A DNA stretch of 59,802 bases, counting the filler, from Diploschistes diacapsis (Eukaryota): the NCBI GenBank assembly GCA_023645945.1. It is 10 parts of 10 records of this genome, joined end to end, with 100 filler letters (N's around TTAATTAATTAA, not from the genome) between each part and the next. Parts side by side here need not be neighbours in the genome. Positions count along the whole stretch, not along the records: positions 47,993 to 53,847 come from JALAIB010001470.1; positions 53,948 to 59,802 come from JALAIB010001471.1; 8 more parts are not named here. One strand, 5' to 3'. This document shows positions 50,995 to 59,802 of the stretch, in pieces. A program made the translations under genes and the position numbers. The notes under the pieces are model-generated. The model was not told the DNA's origin. It worked only from the letters and a program-made list of their open reading frames with translations, and ran no database searches. The stretch's first letter is position 1, and each line of letters opens with the position of its first letter.

Positions 50995-52361
50995 CTTCGC
51001 AGTGTTTTGGGAGCAGAGAATATTGAGAAGCGGTGTGGATATGTGATCTAATGGAGAAATAAAAGTATGATTTGGTTGCCAAAGCAGTTGAAGCGGTTTT
51101 CTTGCAATAAAGAGTTCGAAGCTCAGGATGTATGCGTGTTGACTGCAAAAGGTGAAGAGAAGGGAAGATCAACAAGCGAAGCGTGACAACAGAAAAACAA
51201 GATATCTGCTGAGTCTAGTCTGAACGAACGAGATGTTTGGATGTATAGAGAGATGGGTTTACCTGGTATACAGACGTCTACGGACTCTTGGCTAACTCAA
51301 TTGTTGTCGGAGAAGCATATCCAAACGCTCTCGTGAGGATCGTGAACACATATTTCCTTTAGCACCACTGGTGTAGAGATGTATTGCTCATCATCACCGG
51401 CGCTTTGGATTTACCTTGCCCCTGACAAGTGCCTAGGCTTAGTATAGAAGTTTCCTATTCTAGAAGCGCGGGCAGGCATGCGATTCCCACGTAGTTCAAG
51501 ACCCAAACTTCAACAGAGAGCTGAAAGGCATGCGATGTGAAAAGGAAAGAGTTTCTAATTTATCTCATTACCCTACTGTGCTGTGACGGGGTTCCCAAAG
51601 TCAACATTCGGGGGACAATGAGTCACGGCATCTGTCTGCTATCGAATCTACCACGCCAAAGGCCGCCAAGCTGTCGAGTAGCTTACCTACTTTGTGCGCT
51701 TTCCAAGCAATATTTCTGATCCAAAGACGCAGGATATGCTGTACAGAATTGAGAGTCTCTGGGTTCTTCAAGCTAAAGGTAGCGTAGCCTCCTGTTAGGA
51801 TTCACTGATGCTAGCCCGTAATGCAGAAACATAAACCTGGTAGCAACATACCACGATTACGATCACGGCATGCATTTGATATAACAGATACCCGGCTCGC
51901 ATAGTTTTCAGGAGAGACGTTCTCGCTATCGGTTGGGGATATCTGTTAGTATTTGGGTTCCGCATGAGCGAGTAACTAGCTCGAAGGGTGATGAAATGAT
52001 GAACTGGCAGAAGCTCGTCAGCGAAGAAGTGGTTAGGAAGAAAACAGCATTCTAATTGCTTGTAAAGGGAACAAGGTATTTTCGGTACAGCACTGTCAAA
52101 GACATACATGAGGTTGAAGCAACAAGGGGATGCAGTCATAGTACTTACTTACGTCCAGGGGTAGATTGCCAGTACAGTCAGCAAAAGCTTTATCTAAAAC
52201 CTACATCGAATCAGCTCTTGGCCTGCGCTTTTTGTTATGCCAACCGCAAAAGATTAAGATTCGCGACCTCGTCCATATCGTTTCGATGGCCCCAATCCAA
52301 CACAAGGTGTCATCTCAACTCGCGCTTTCTGCAAGCCTTCTAAATTGCTGAAACAGTGGTC

Positions 52362-53847
52362 ATGGCGGGAAAGACCACTATCCCTGCACCTCCCATGGAT
52401 CCCCCTTCACCAACCCCAGATTCGCCTCGAAGGGGTGGGCTAGATCCCAGCAAACTTGGAGGTACAATGCCATCGATACACGATGGCTTCAACGACACCT
52501 TTCTCTCTCCAAACAAGGAGAACTTTGGCTTCAGGCGACCTCCTTCGCCCGCCAGCAGTGCTGGCAATCCAATGAGTCCGACTTACAACCAGCCATTGAG
52601 TCCCAACAGCCCAATGTTACCGTTCAGTCCAGTATACCAGTCCATGTCAGGAGAGCCGATAATGGGAGAAGATGGCAAGCCATCGGCTCCGGCGCCGTTC
52701 AACTTTCAGCCTATGCAGCTGTCCAAATCTCCCATCACCAAATCGGTACGACCACCACCATAGACACCCCCTGGGAATGAGCTAATAGTGCTATAGAGCG
52801 TCGGTCAAAGACGAGGGCACAAATACAAGCACAGCAGCGTCTCCCACCAAATCTTCCTCGAGCCCGCACCCAAGCCTCAGATCTCACTCCCCAACTCCCT
52901 CCCCGTCCCAACCTTCCGCGAGTGCTGGCTCAGCATGTCCCGCGAACAAAACACGCGCTTCTGGTGGAGCATCTGCCACGCCACAATCGCCGCATACACA
53001 CTCTGGAGCGCCTCGGGTTCTCTTGCCCTGACCTCCCTCTCGCACCTGATCCTCTACGACTCGCTAGGCGCAATGCTCTGCGTCGTCGTCGACGTGCTCT
53101 CCAACTTTGAAGTCTGGAAGCGGTCCACGATCCGGCATCCCTTCGGCCTCGAGCGCGTCGAAGTCCTCGTTGGCTTCGCCATGTCCGTGCTGCTCGTCTT
53201 CATGGGCATCGACCTCATCTCGCACAACCTGCAGCACCTCCTCGAATCGCTGGGCTCGCACGCCGCTCATCACGCGCACGACCACGGCCGCGTCTCGCCG
53301 CGCACCGTCGACGTCGTTGCCCTACTCGCCGTGCTCGCCACCATCGTTTCCGCCCTTGTCCTAAACAACCACGCACGAATCGGCAAGGTCATGCGCTTCG
53401 CCTACTTCTCCAGCCTGCCCAGCATCCTCGCCAACCCCTCCCACCTGCTGACCCTGACCTGCTCCTCCCTCATGCTCCTCTTACCTCTGCTCAGCATCAC
53501 ACTCTATACACACCTCGACCGCCTCATCTCCGGCACCATCGCGCTCTCCATGTGCGCCATCGGCGTCCGCCTCGTGCACCGGCTCGGGCTCATGCTGCTC
53601 ATGTCCTACTCCTCACCCACATCCTCTTCTGCCGACCCGACGGCTAGCCTGTCGGAACTCCTATCGACCGTCGAGGCTGACCCGCTAGTCTCGTGCGTTG
53701 AGGAGGCGAAGGTGTGGCAGGTGCACTATGCGCTATGCATGGCGAGTCTGCGGGTCAGGGTGACGGGCGGGGAGGACGACAATCTGACAAGGCTGAGAGA
53801 TAGGCTGGCGAGTTTGGTAAGGAATAGGTTGGGGGGCGGGTATGGGA
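52362..53847 (+). CDS. Cation diffusion facilitator, Zrg17-like ER zinc transporter subunit, 3' truncated
   Basis: FNFQPMQLSKSP|..GQRRGHKYKHSSVSHQIF, WKRSTIRHPFGLERVEVL, His-rich loop, NHARIGK, VWQVHY..MASL, RNRLGGGYG. Intron 52746-52796. Confidence 0.9.
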
Positions 53848-53947
53848 NNNNNNNNNNNNNNNNNNNNNNNNNNNNNNNNNNNNNNNNNNNNTTAATTAAT
53901 TAANNNNNNNNNNNNNNNNNNNNNNNNNNNNNNNNNNNNNNNNNNNN
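53848..53947. other. Artificial contig linker
   Basis: N44-TTAATTAATTAA-N44. Confidence 0.99.
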
Positions 53948-54235
53948 GGATAGAGGGTAGGGGGATGGGGGTGAGAAGAGCGAACAAGACTAGGTACGGG
54001 GATATTAGGTAGGGGTCAAGTGTAGCAACTGCTGCCAGACAATGCCAAGGATCGAGGTCCGGAACCAGGCTGCGTGTATATGTATGTATGTATGTATGTA
54101 TGTATGAAACCGGATGTGTACGTACGTAGGAACAGCGGGCGATGTATTCGATTTGCCGGCTGGTTTGGAAGGACTCGGGTGTTCGGCTGGCTCGAGGACG
54201 ACATTCTGCTGGGCGACGGCTCTTCTGGTGGTCAT
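53948..54235 (-). CDS. VMA21: V-ATPase assembly factor Vma21, exon 1 (54126-54235) plus intron running off the contig
   Basis: MTTRR...KSNTSPAVPT matches the Pezizomycotina Vma21 N-terminus as I recall it (MATRR...KSNIxPAVP). It is followed by donor GTACGT at 54125. Confidence 0.7.
54079..54106. repeat. (TATG)7 microsatellite in the putative VMA21 intron
   Basis: Read directly from the sequence. Confidence 0.92.
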
Positions 54236-54934
54236 TTTGTCTATGGCGATGGATGGGAATCCGGTGGGTAGATTAGATGGCTGTGGATCTGAGGTAGAAT
54301 CTGACTGTCACGCTAAGAGACATGCGCTGCGGTCAGCGCATTCCAAGTGTTAGCACAGCTCATTACTTTTGCAGTATCAAAGAGATGACACTCGAGCTAC
54401 GCTAACAGTTAGAAGACGCTAGAAGCTACCGCGCAGTGTTCGCGTGCTATAGACGGCAAAATCCCCTGTTCGCGGGCGGAAGCGTGTTTATTGTAGCCAC
54501 TAAGCCACACTAAGGCCGGAAAAAAACGTCTTTTTGAACTACCATTTCATTTTGGTGGGAACGCCAGAAAGTCATCCCTTCTATTATCACTACCCAATTG
54601 AGGAGCCGCTTCGCTCGTTATAGCTCTTCATCTACCGTGCTTTTACTGTACCTGAGCCGACGTCTTCGCATCTTTGTAACGAATTGGCTGAAGCTCCTGT
54701 GATCTTTCACTTGTTGGCCTGGATAGGGAAGTAGTGTCTGACATCGGTGGAAAGCATTTGGGCTTGAATGTATGCTTTCAGCTTGATGGTGATATTCACT
54801 GGGCTCACGCTTCTAGTACCATACCACCTGTTCCTTCGCTCAACTGCTGGCATTGAATACTGTACTCGTCAGTTACGGTATCTGTTGCTGCTAGTCAATC
54901 TTTGACCTCCCCCTCCGTGGGGTCAACCGCCGGA

Positions 54935-57900
54935 ATGGGCGACACCATTATCGAAACGCCTCTCAAGAGGAATGTCACTAAAGGTGATTCACCCACTGAG
55001 GCTTCTTTTAAGAAGAATAAACTCAACCATGCAGGTTCCCCGGGTCAACAAAGCTTCAACTCACAAGAGTCTGCCGCAGATGACCTCTTTACCGATTATG
55101 ACACAGTCGCAACACTTCCCAATGTCCGCCCACCTTACCATCCCGCGACGCAACTCCAGACGCAACTCCAGAAGCAGAGCCAGTACATGTCGCAGAACAC
55201 CTATGTAACACAACCCACTCAAATCATCCACGACTACGCCGCGCCCAGCACACCCCAATCCAACAGAGTTCAGGTCCCCGCCTCTTCTCCGACTCCACAC
55301 TATAGTCACTCGCCCGCTGCTAGGGGAATGACGAACGGCTATAGAGCGCCCCCTAGCTACAACGTTCAACCAAGTGGAACATTCGGCAGCTCGATTGCGC
55401 CCCCAGGGACCTCGTTCCGAGCTCCAAAGCCTTTCATTGCCAGACAGGCTCAGATGCAGCCACAAGCTCACTGGCAGCCGGTGCCTGCTCCTGGCTCTGG
55501 AGGTGCTAATGCCCTGGCCAGACAATACCCGGGTAAACAATACCCGGAGAACGTCATTGACCTTGAAGAAGATCAGGGCATGGTGTACAAGGGAGGATAC
55601 TCGGACGATGAATCGCAAAATGCCAGGGACATCAAACCTTCGGTCGTGAAGAGCAGAAATGTACAAAATGCACCCGCGCCAGCCGTACCTATGCCGGATC
55701 TGCCCATTCCCAAATCGAAGCCCAAAGCGAACCTTCCGGTTCCGCAACAGAACTCAGCATCTGCCCGATTTGGTAACATCTTGGCCAGCTCGATATACAT
55801 TGGTCCTGCCCGCTCCAATGGAGTCAACATGTCCCCTCCCGCGCAGAGTATGAAGAGGTCTGCCGATCTCATGGCAAGCGCATACGGAGGCCGTGACAGA
55901 CCCGAGAGGCAGCCACGTCTAGCAAGGACCGCTCAAATGCAGCCAGAACCGGGCCTCAAATTGGAGGATATCTCGGATTTTGGTTTGCGCAGCAAGATTG
56001 AACGAGTCATGAGCGTCCTGCCGAGCAAGACGGTGAAACAGATTAGGGACATGCTTTTCTTAAAGAAAGGCAACGAGCAAGACGCCATGGATGCCCTTGT
56101 TGACGACGACCCAAAACCAAAAGAGATTGACCTTACGCTATCGTCCGATGTTGATGACGACGAGCTTAGCTTCCCTGTTGCGCAACCCACAAGGACAACC
56201 ACCAAGCAGCAGCTGAAAGCGCCCGTTGCTACACTTCGCGACCGATATGGAATGGCGTCACAGGCTCCAGCCAAAGCTACGCCAAAACCACAGGGGGAAG
56301 TTCCATCCGCCAAGCCGAAACGAGCGTCTCCAGAACCTTTTACCGGCGAGGCCCCTTCGAAACGTAGACGTCTGATGAAAGGTCGCAAGCATCAATCTTC
56401 GCCTGTTGCGTCATCGCCAATCACCATTCCTATTGACGACAACTCCGACTCTGGTATCGATGCACGATCAGCAAGCGAAGACGCAGGGGTTCTCGACTCT
56501 ACCCTGCTTAGTTTCTTCAACACATGTAACGCGGGAGATATCGTGGACATGGCAAACATCACCAAAGCGATCGCAGAGCATATCGTAGCATCCCGACCAT
56601 ACAAGAACCTCAGCGCGGTCAGAGCCGTCAAAGAGCCTGACTACGCTATCAATCCAAAGGCTCGCAAGCAGAAGCGCACCGTTGGAGATAAAGTTGTCGA
56701 TGTCTGCGAAACCATGTGGCAGGGGTATCAGGCTGTTGACCAACTGGTTCAGAAATGCAAAGACCTTCGAAAGCCCATCACCGAAGGAATGAAGAGATGG
56801 GGCGTCGACGTGATAGGTGCTTCCAAGGATGGCGAGATCGAACTTGTCAACCTCGACGGTATGACCAAAAGTCCGTCGGTGCGTGACTCCGGCATTGGCA
56901 CCCCAACTACTTCAAGTGGAGACGAAGATTTCAAGAGCTCAACGAACCCAAAATCTTTGCTGCTCCTGCAGCCTGAGACGATGTCAAAAGACATCACTCT
57001 GAAAGACTATCAAGTAATCGGAATGAACTGGCTCAACCTCCTTTTCCGCAACCGACTGAGCTGCATCCTTGCAGATGATATGGGTCTCGGCAAAACCTGC
57101 CAGGTGATTGCCTTCATGGCACACCTGTACGAAACGGGCGTCAAAGGCCCTCACGTCATCATCGTCCCAGGGTCGACGCTGGAAAACTGGCTCAGAGAGT
57201 TTGAGACTTTCTGCCCTGGTCTGCCGGTCATGTCGTACTACGGTAGTCAGGCAGCGCGCGAGGAGTATCAGATGGAAATCAAAGAGAAGAGGCCCTACGT
57301 AGTCGTCACCACATACTCGATTGCGACTCAGAGGAACGACCGAAAGTTTTTTACCAAGCTCGAGCCTGTCTGTGGCGTGTTTGATGAAGGGCATATGCTG
57401 AAGGACTGCAAGACCAATAAGCATGTTGAGCTAATGAAAATCCCAACGCAGTTCCGCTTGCTCCTCACCGGCACGCCACTTCAGAACAACCTCACTGAGC
57501 TGATGTCGCTTCTCAACTTCATCATGCCCAATATTTTCAAAGACCACAAAGATGACCTCGAAGTCATCTTCAAACACCGTGCCAAGACGAACGACGAAAA
57601 CCACGACGCACTGCTCTCGGCACAGCGCATCGCCCGCGCCCGCACGATGATGGCACCCTTTATCCTCCGCCGCAAAAAGGACCAGGTCCTGCAGAATCTC
57701 CCCCAGAAAACTTCTCGGGTCGAGTACTGCGACCTCACCGACTCCCAACGCTCAATCTATCAAGAGTACCTGGACGAAGCCGCCCGTATCGTCGAGCTCC
57801 GCAAACGCGCAAAGGAGACAAAAGAATCGGTCAACAAATCCTCCAATGTGCTTACCGACCTGCGCAAAGCCTGCCTTCACCCGCTACTTTTTAGGAGAAA

Positions 57901-58795
57901 ATACACGAATACCGAACTCCGCAAGGTCGTCAAATCTTATCTCCGGAACCCGAAAGAGTCGGAACGCAGCTTTGAACTGTGTATGGAAGACATGGAGATC
58001 TGCTCCGACCACAACATCCACCGCTATTGCCTCGACGAAAACAACGCGCCATACATGGCTAAGCATGCGCTCCCACACGCACCATTCCTAGACTCTGGGA
58101 AGGTGACGAAGCTGGTCGAGCTGCTGAAGCAGTACAAGGCGAACGGCGATCGCGTGCTGATTTTTTCGCAATTCGTCATGGTGCTCGACATACTCGAGGA
58201 GGTGCTCAGCGGCGCGGAAGTGACCTTTTACCGTATCGATGGTGCGACCCCTGTGGACGAGCGGCAGCCGCTGATCGACCAGTTCTACGCCGACGATTCC
58301 GTTACCGCGTTCATGCTCTCTACAAAAGCCGGTGGAGCGGGGATCAATCTCGCGGCCGCGAACAAGGTCATTATCTTCGACTCGAGCTTCAATCCGCAGG
58401 ACGATATCCAGGCGGAGAACCGCGCGCACAGGGTGGGGCAGAAGAGGGATGTGGAAGTTATTAGACTTGTGAGTAAGGGGACGGTCGAAGAGCAGATTTA
58501 CGCGCTGGGTCAGAGCAAGGTACTGCTTGATGCGAGAGTCGCGGGTGACGAGGGGAAGAAGGCGGAGGCCAAGGGGGAGAAGATGATCAAAGAGGCGCTT
58601 GAGAAGCAGATCATGGAGGGCAAGGTGGATATCGATGTTGAAAAGAAGGAGGAGGAGAAGAACAAAGCTGAGATGGACATCAAAAATGCAGAGGATGTGC
58701 CGAAGACGAAGAAGAAGGTGAATACGAAGGGCGAGGCTCGCAATAAAAGGAGAGGAGGAAAGAGCAAGAGCGAGGAAAGCGATGAGACGGAATGA
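54935..58795 (+). CDS. FUN30: SNF2-family chromatin remodeller Fun30/Fft3/SMARCAD1
   Basis: First ATG at 54935; CUE-like segment; LKDYQVIGMNWL, LADDMGLGKT, DEGH, LTGTPLQNN, PFILRRKK, SGK, VLIFSQF, LSTKAGGAGINL, QAENRAHRVGQ. Intronless. Confidence 0.93.
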   Translation: MGDTIIETPLKRNVTKGDSPTEASFKKNKLNHAGSPGQQSFNSQESAADDLFTDYDTVATLPNVRPPYHPATQLQTQLQKQSQYMSQNTYVTQPTQIIHDYAAPSTPQSNRVQVPASSPTPHYSHSPAARGMTNGYRAPPSYNVQPSGTFGSSIAPPGTSFRAPKPFIARQAQMQPQAHWQPVPAPGSGGANALARQYPGKQYPENVIDLEEDQGMVYKGGYSDDESQNARDIKPSVVKSRNVQNAPAPAVPMPDLPIPKSKPKANLPVPQQNSASARFGNILASSIYIGPARSNGVNMSPPAQSMKRSADLMASAYGGRDRPERQPRLARTAQMQPEPGLKLEDISDFGLRSKIERVMSVLPSKTVKQIRDMLFLKKGNEQDAMDALVDDDPKPKEIDLTLSSDVDDDELSFPVAQPTRTTTKQQLKAPVATLRDRYGMASQAPAKATPKPQGEVPSAKPKRASPEPFTGEAPSKRRRLMKGRKHQSSPVASSPITIPIDDNSDSGIDARSASEDAGVLDSTLLSFFNTCNAGDIVDMANITKAIAEHIVASRPYKNLSAVRAVKEPDYAINPKARKQKRTVGDKVVDVCETMWQGYQAVDQLVQKCKDLRKPITEGMKRWGVDVIGASKDGEIELVNLDGMTKSPSVRDSGIGTPTTSSGDEDFKSSTNPKSLLLLQPETMSKDITLKDYQVIGMNWLNLLFRNRLSCILADDMGLGKTCQVIAFMAHLYETGVKGPHVIIVPGSTLENWLREFETFCPGLPVMSYYGSQAAREEYQMEIKEKRPYVVVTTYSIATQRNDRKFFTKLEPVCGVFDEGHMLKDCKTNKHVELMKIPTQFRLLLTGTPLQNNLTELMSLLNFIMPNIFKDHKDDLEVIFKHRAKTNDENHDALLSAQRIARARTMMAPFILRRKKDQVLQNLPQKTSRVEYCDLTDSQRSIYQEYLDEAARIVELRKRAKETKESVNKSSNVLTDLRKACLHPLLFRRKYTNTELRKVVKSYLRNPKESERSFELCMEDMEICSDHNIHRYCLDENNAPYMAKHALPHAPFLDSGKVTKLVELLKQYKANGDRVLIFSQFVMVLDILEEVLSGAEVTFYRIDGATPVDERQPLIDQFYADDSVTAFMLSTKAGGAGINLAAANKVIIFDSSFNPQDDIQAENRAHRVGQKRDVEVIRLVSKGTVEEQIYALGQSKVLLDARVAGDEGKKAEAKGEKMIKEALEKQIMEGKVDIDVEKKEEEKNKAEMDIKNAEDVPKTKKKVNTKGEARNKRRGGKSKSEESDETE

Positions 58796-59068
58796 GCGAG
58801 CCGCCGCGATTGGTACCTGTCAGCTTCGCCGGCGCCGCTTGGTGCACGAATGATGGACACGACGCGCTGGGCATGGATCGACGCCGCTTGTAAGGCTTGG
58901 CTTGTCGGGTCTCTAAATTAGGTGCAAGCAGAGGATTTTTAGATTAGATATAGATGTGTAAACACGTGAGAAGAGAAAACTGCGTTGTAATTCAGAGGCG
59001 TACGCTAAACCGCTTCACACCGCTGCCCGCTGAGCTCGTTCGTCCGCTCGTTGCATTCTAGGAGCGCA

Positions 59069-59109
59069 GTCACGTGCCCCAATCTACGCGTCCGCGAGAA
59101 GCGCGCGTC
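59069..59109 (+). promoter_or_regulatory. Candidate MCB (ACGCGT, 59086-59091), CGCG cluster and GTCACGTG E-box upstream of RFC2
   Basis: Motifs lie about 200 bp upstream of a DNA replication gene. MCB boxes are MBF targets in ascomycetes. Confidence 0.5.
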
Positions 59110-59287
59110 TTCCCGAAGCCCTATCTACTACCTATGTGAAAAGTACCTATCCTCATTGCGCCATCACCACCCTCGCTTCCCTCACTCGCTCCCCATCCTC
59201 TGCTTCTATGACCGCTCGTCTCTCGTCATCGTCTCTCCGGTCTTGATAACTAGAAAATAGCAAACAGTAAATAGCACACGACGCAAA

Positions 59288-59802
59288 ATGGCCTCGACCT
59301 TCTTCTCGAACAAAGCCCGCGCCGCGGCCGCGAAGGAGAAAGAGCAGGCCGCGTCCGGCGCCAATGCCGGCGAGGCCTCGGGCTCGAGTTCAAAAGTAGG
59401 GGGTGGTGGTGGTGGTGGTGGACAGAGGGATAATACGAGGCTGCAGCCTTGGGTTGAGAAATAGTGCGTTTGCTCCTCACTTTGCTTGTTTGTTTTTGAG
59501 GGAGGGACGGAGGAGGGATGAGGGGGAGATGGAGGAGGAGATGAATCGAGGTAGAAGTAGGGATGCATAGGGCGTAAAAGTAGAGAGGAGGGAAAATGAA
59601 GAAGGATGGAAAGGCAAGGGCTAACTAGTTGCGCGTTGTGCTACAGCCGCCCCAAGTCCCTGGACGAAGTCGCAGCCCAGGACCACACGATCGATGTGCT
59701 GAGGCGCACGCTGCAGGCGTCGAACGTACGTGCCCTCCTCCTCACGCTTCCCTTCCACCACATCCACCACATCCACCCCTCCTCCGCTCTACGTCTTTCT
59801 CC
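59288..59802 (+). CDS. RFC2: Replication factor C subunit 2 (human RFC4 orthologue), 5' part
   Basis: MASTFFSNKARAAAA...RLQPWVEKY|RPKSLDEVAAQDHTIDVLRRTLQASN. Intron 59464-59646; second donor at 59726. Confidence 0.92.

Noticed and set aside
51441..51466. AGTATAGAAGTTTCCTATTCTAGAAG, resembling an FRT site or heat-shock element
   Set aside because: Only one imperfect half-site, without the inverted 13-bp arms and 8-bp spacer, and no recombinase nearby. The nGAAn units are not in continuous phase.
5981..53903. ORFs ending in XXXX..LIN, and the repeated TTAATTAATTAA as a possible repeat array
   Set aside because: These are read-through into artificial linkers, not biology and not a CRISPR array.

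Overview
Eukaryotic, intron-rich DNA from a filamentous ascomycete (Pezizomycotina): GT..AG introns of about 45-60 nt with CTRAY branch sites, and recognisable fungal orthologues. The window is not one locus. It is ten unrelated contigs of about 5.9 kb, sorted by decreasing length (5936, 5924, 5919, 5896, 5894, 5882, 5873, 5868, 5855, 5855 bp). They are joined by nine artificial 100-bp linkers (N44-TTAATTAATTAA-N44), so gene neighbourhoods only have meaning within a contig. Most content is housekeeping: GFA1, a mitochondrial PPR protein, a histidine acid phosphatase, a WDR8-like protein, class II PDE1, YSH1, TAF4, GOT1, an ATG22-like MFS, MGM101, a Git3/Gpr1 GPCR, a PTH11-like receptor, a BglE-like GH3, APT1, a GT2-like protein, a ZRG17-like CDF, VMA21, FUN30 and RFC2. 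The ORF track hides or fragments three decayed genes, each with an apparent large internal deletion: a GMC oxidoreductase, a Dal5-type permease and a PD-(D/E)XK-like protein. The best leads are (i) recurrent GC-rich islands where strand composition flips from C-rich to G-rich, in genes, introns and pseudogenes alike, often near contig breaks; (ii) a long intron splitting the YSH1 catalytic motif that carries a fungal-type poly(A) signal, a possible autoregulation site; and (iii) a BED-finger/DUF3237 fusion. I found no tRNA, rRNA, CRISPR array or intact transposon, and no multi-gene novel system that I can support. Family names come from motif recognition from memory, not from database searches.
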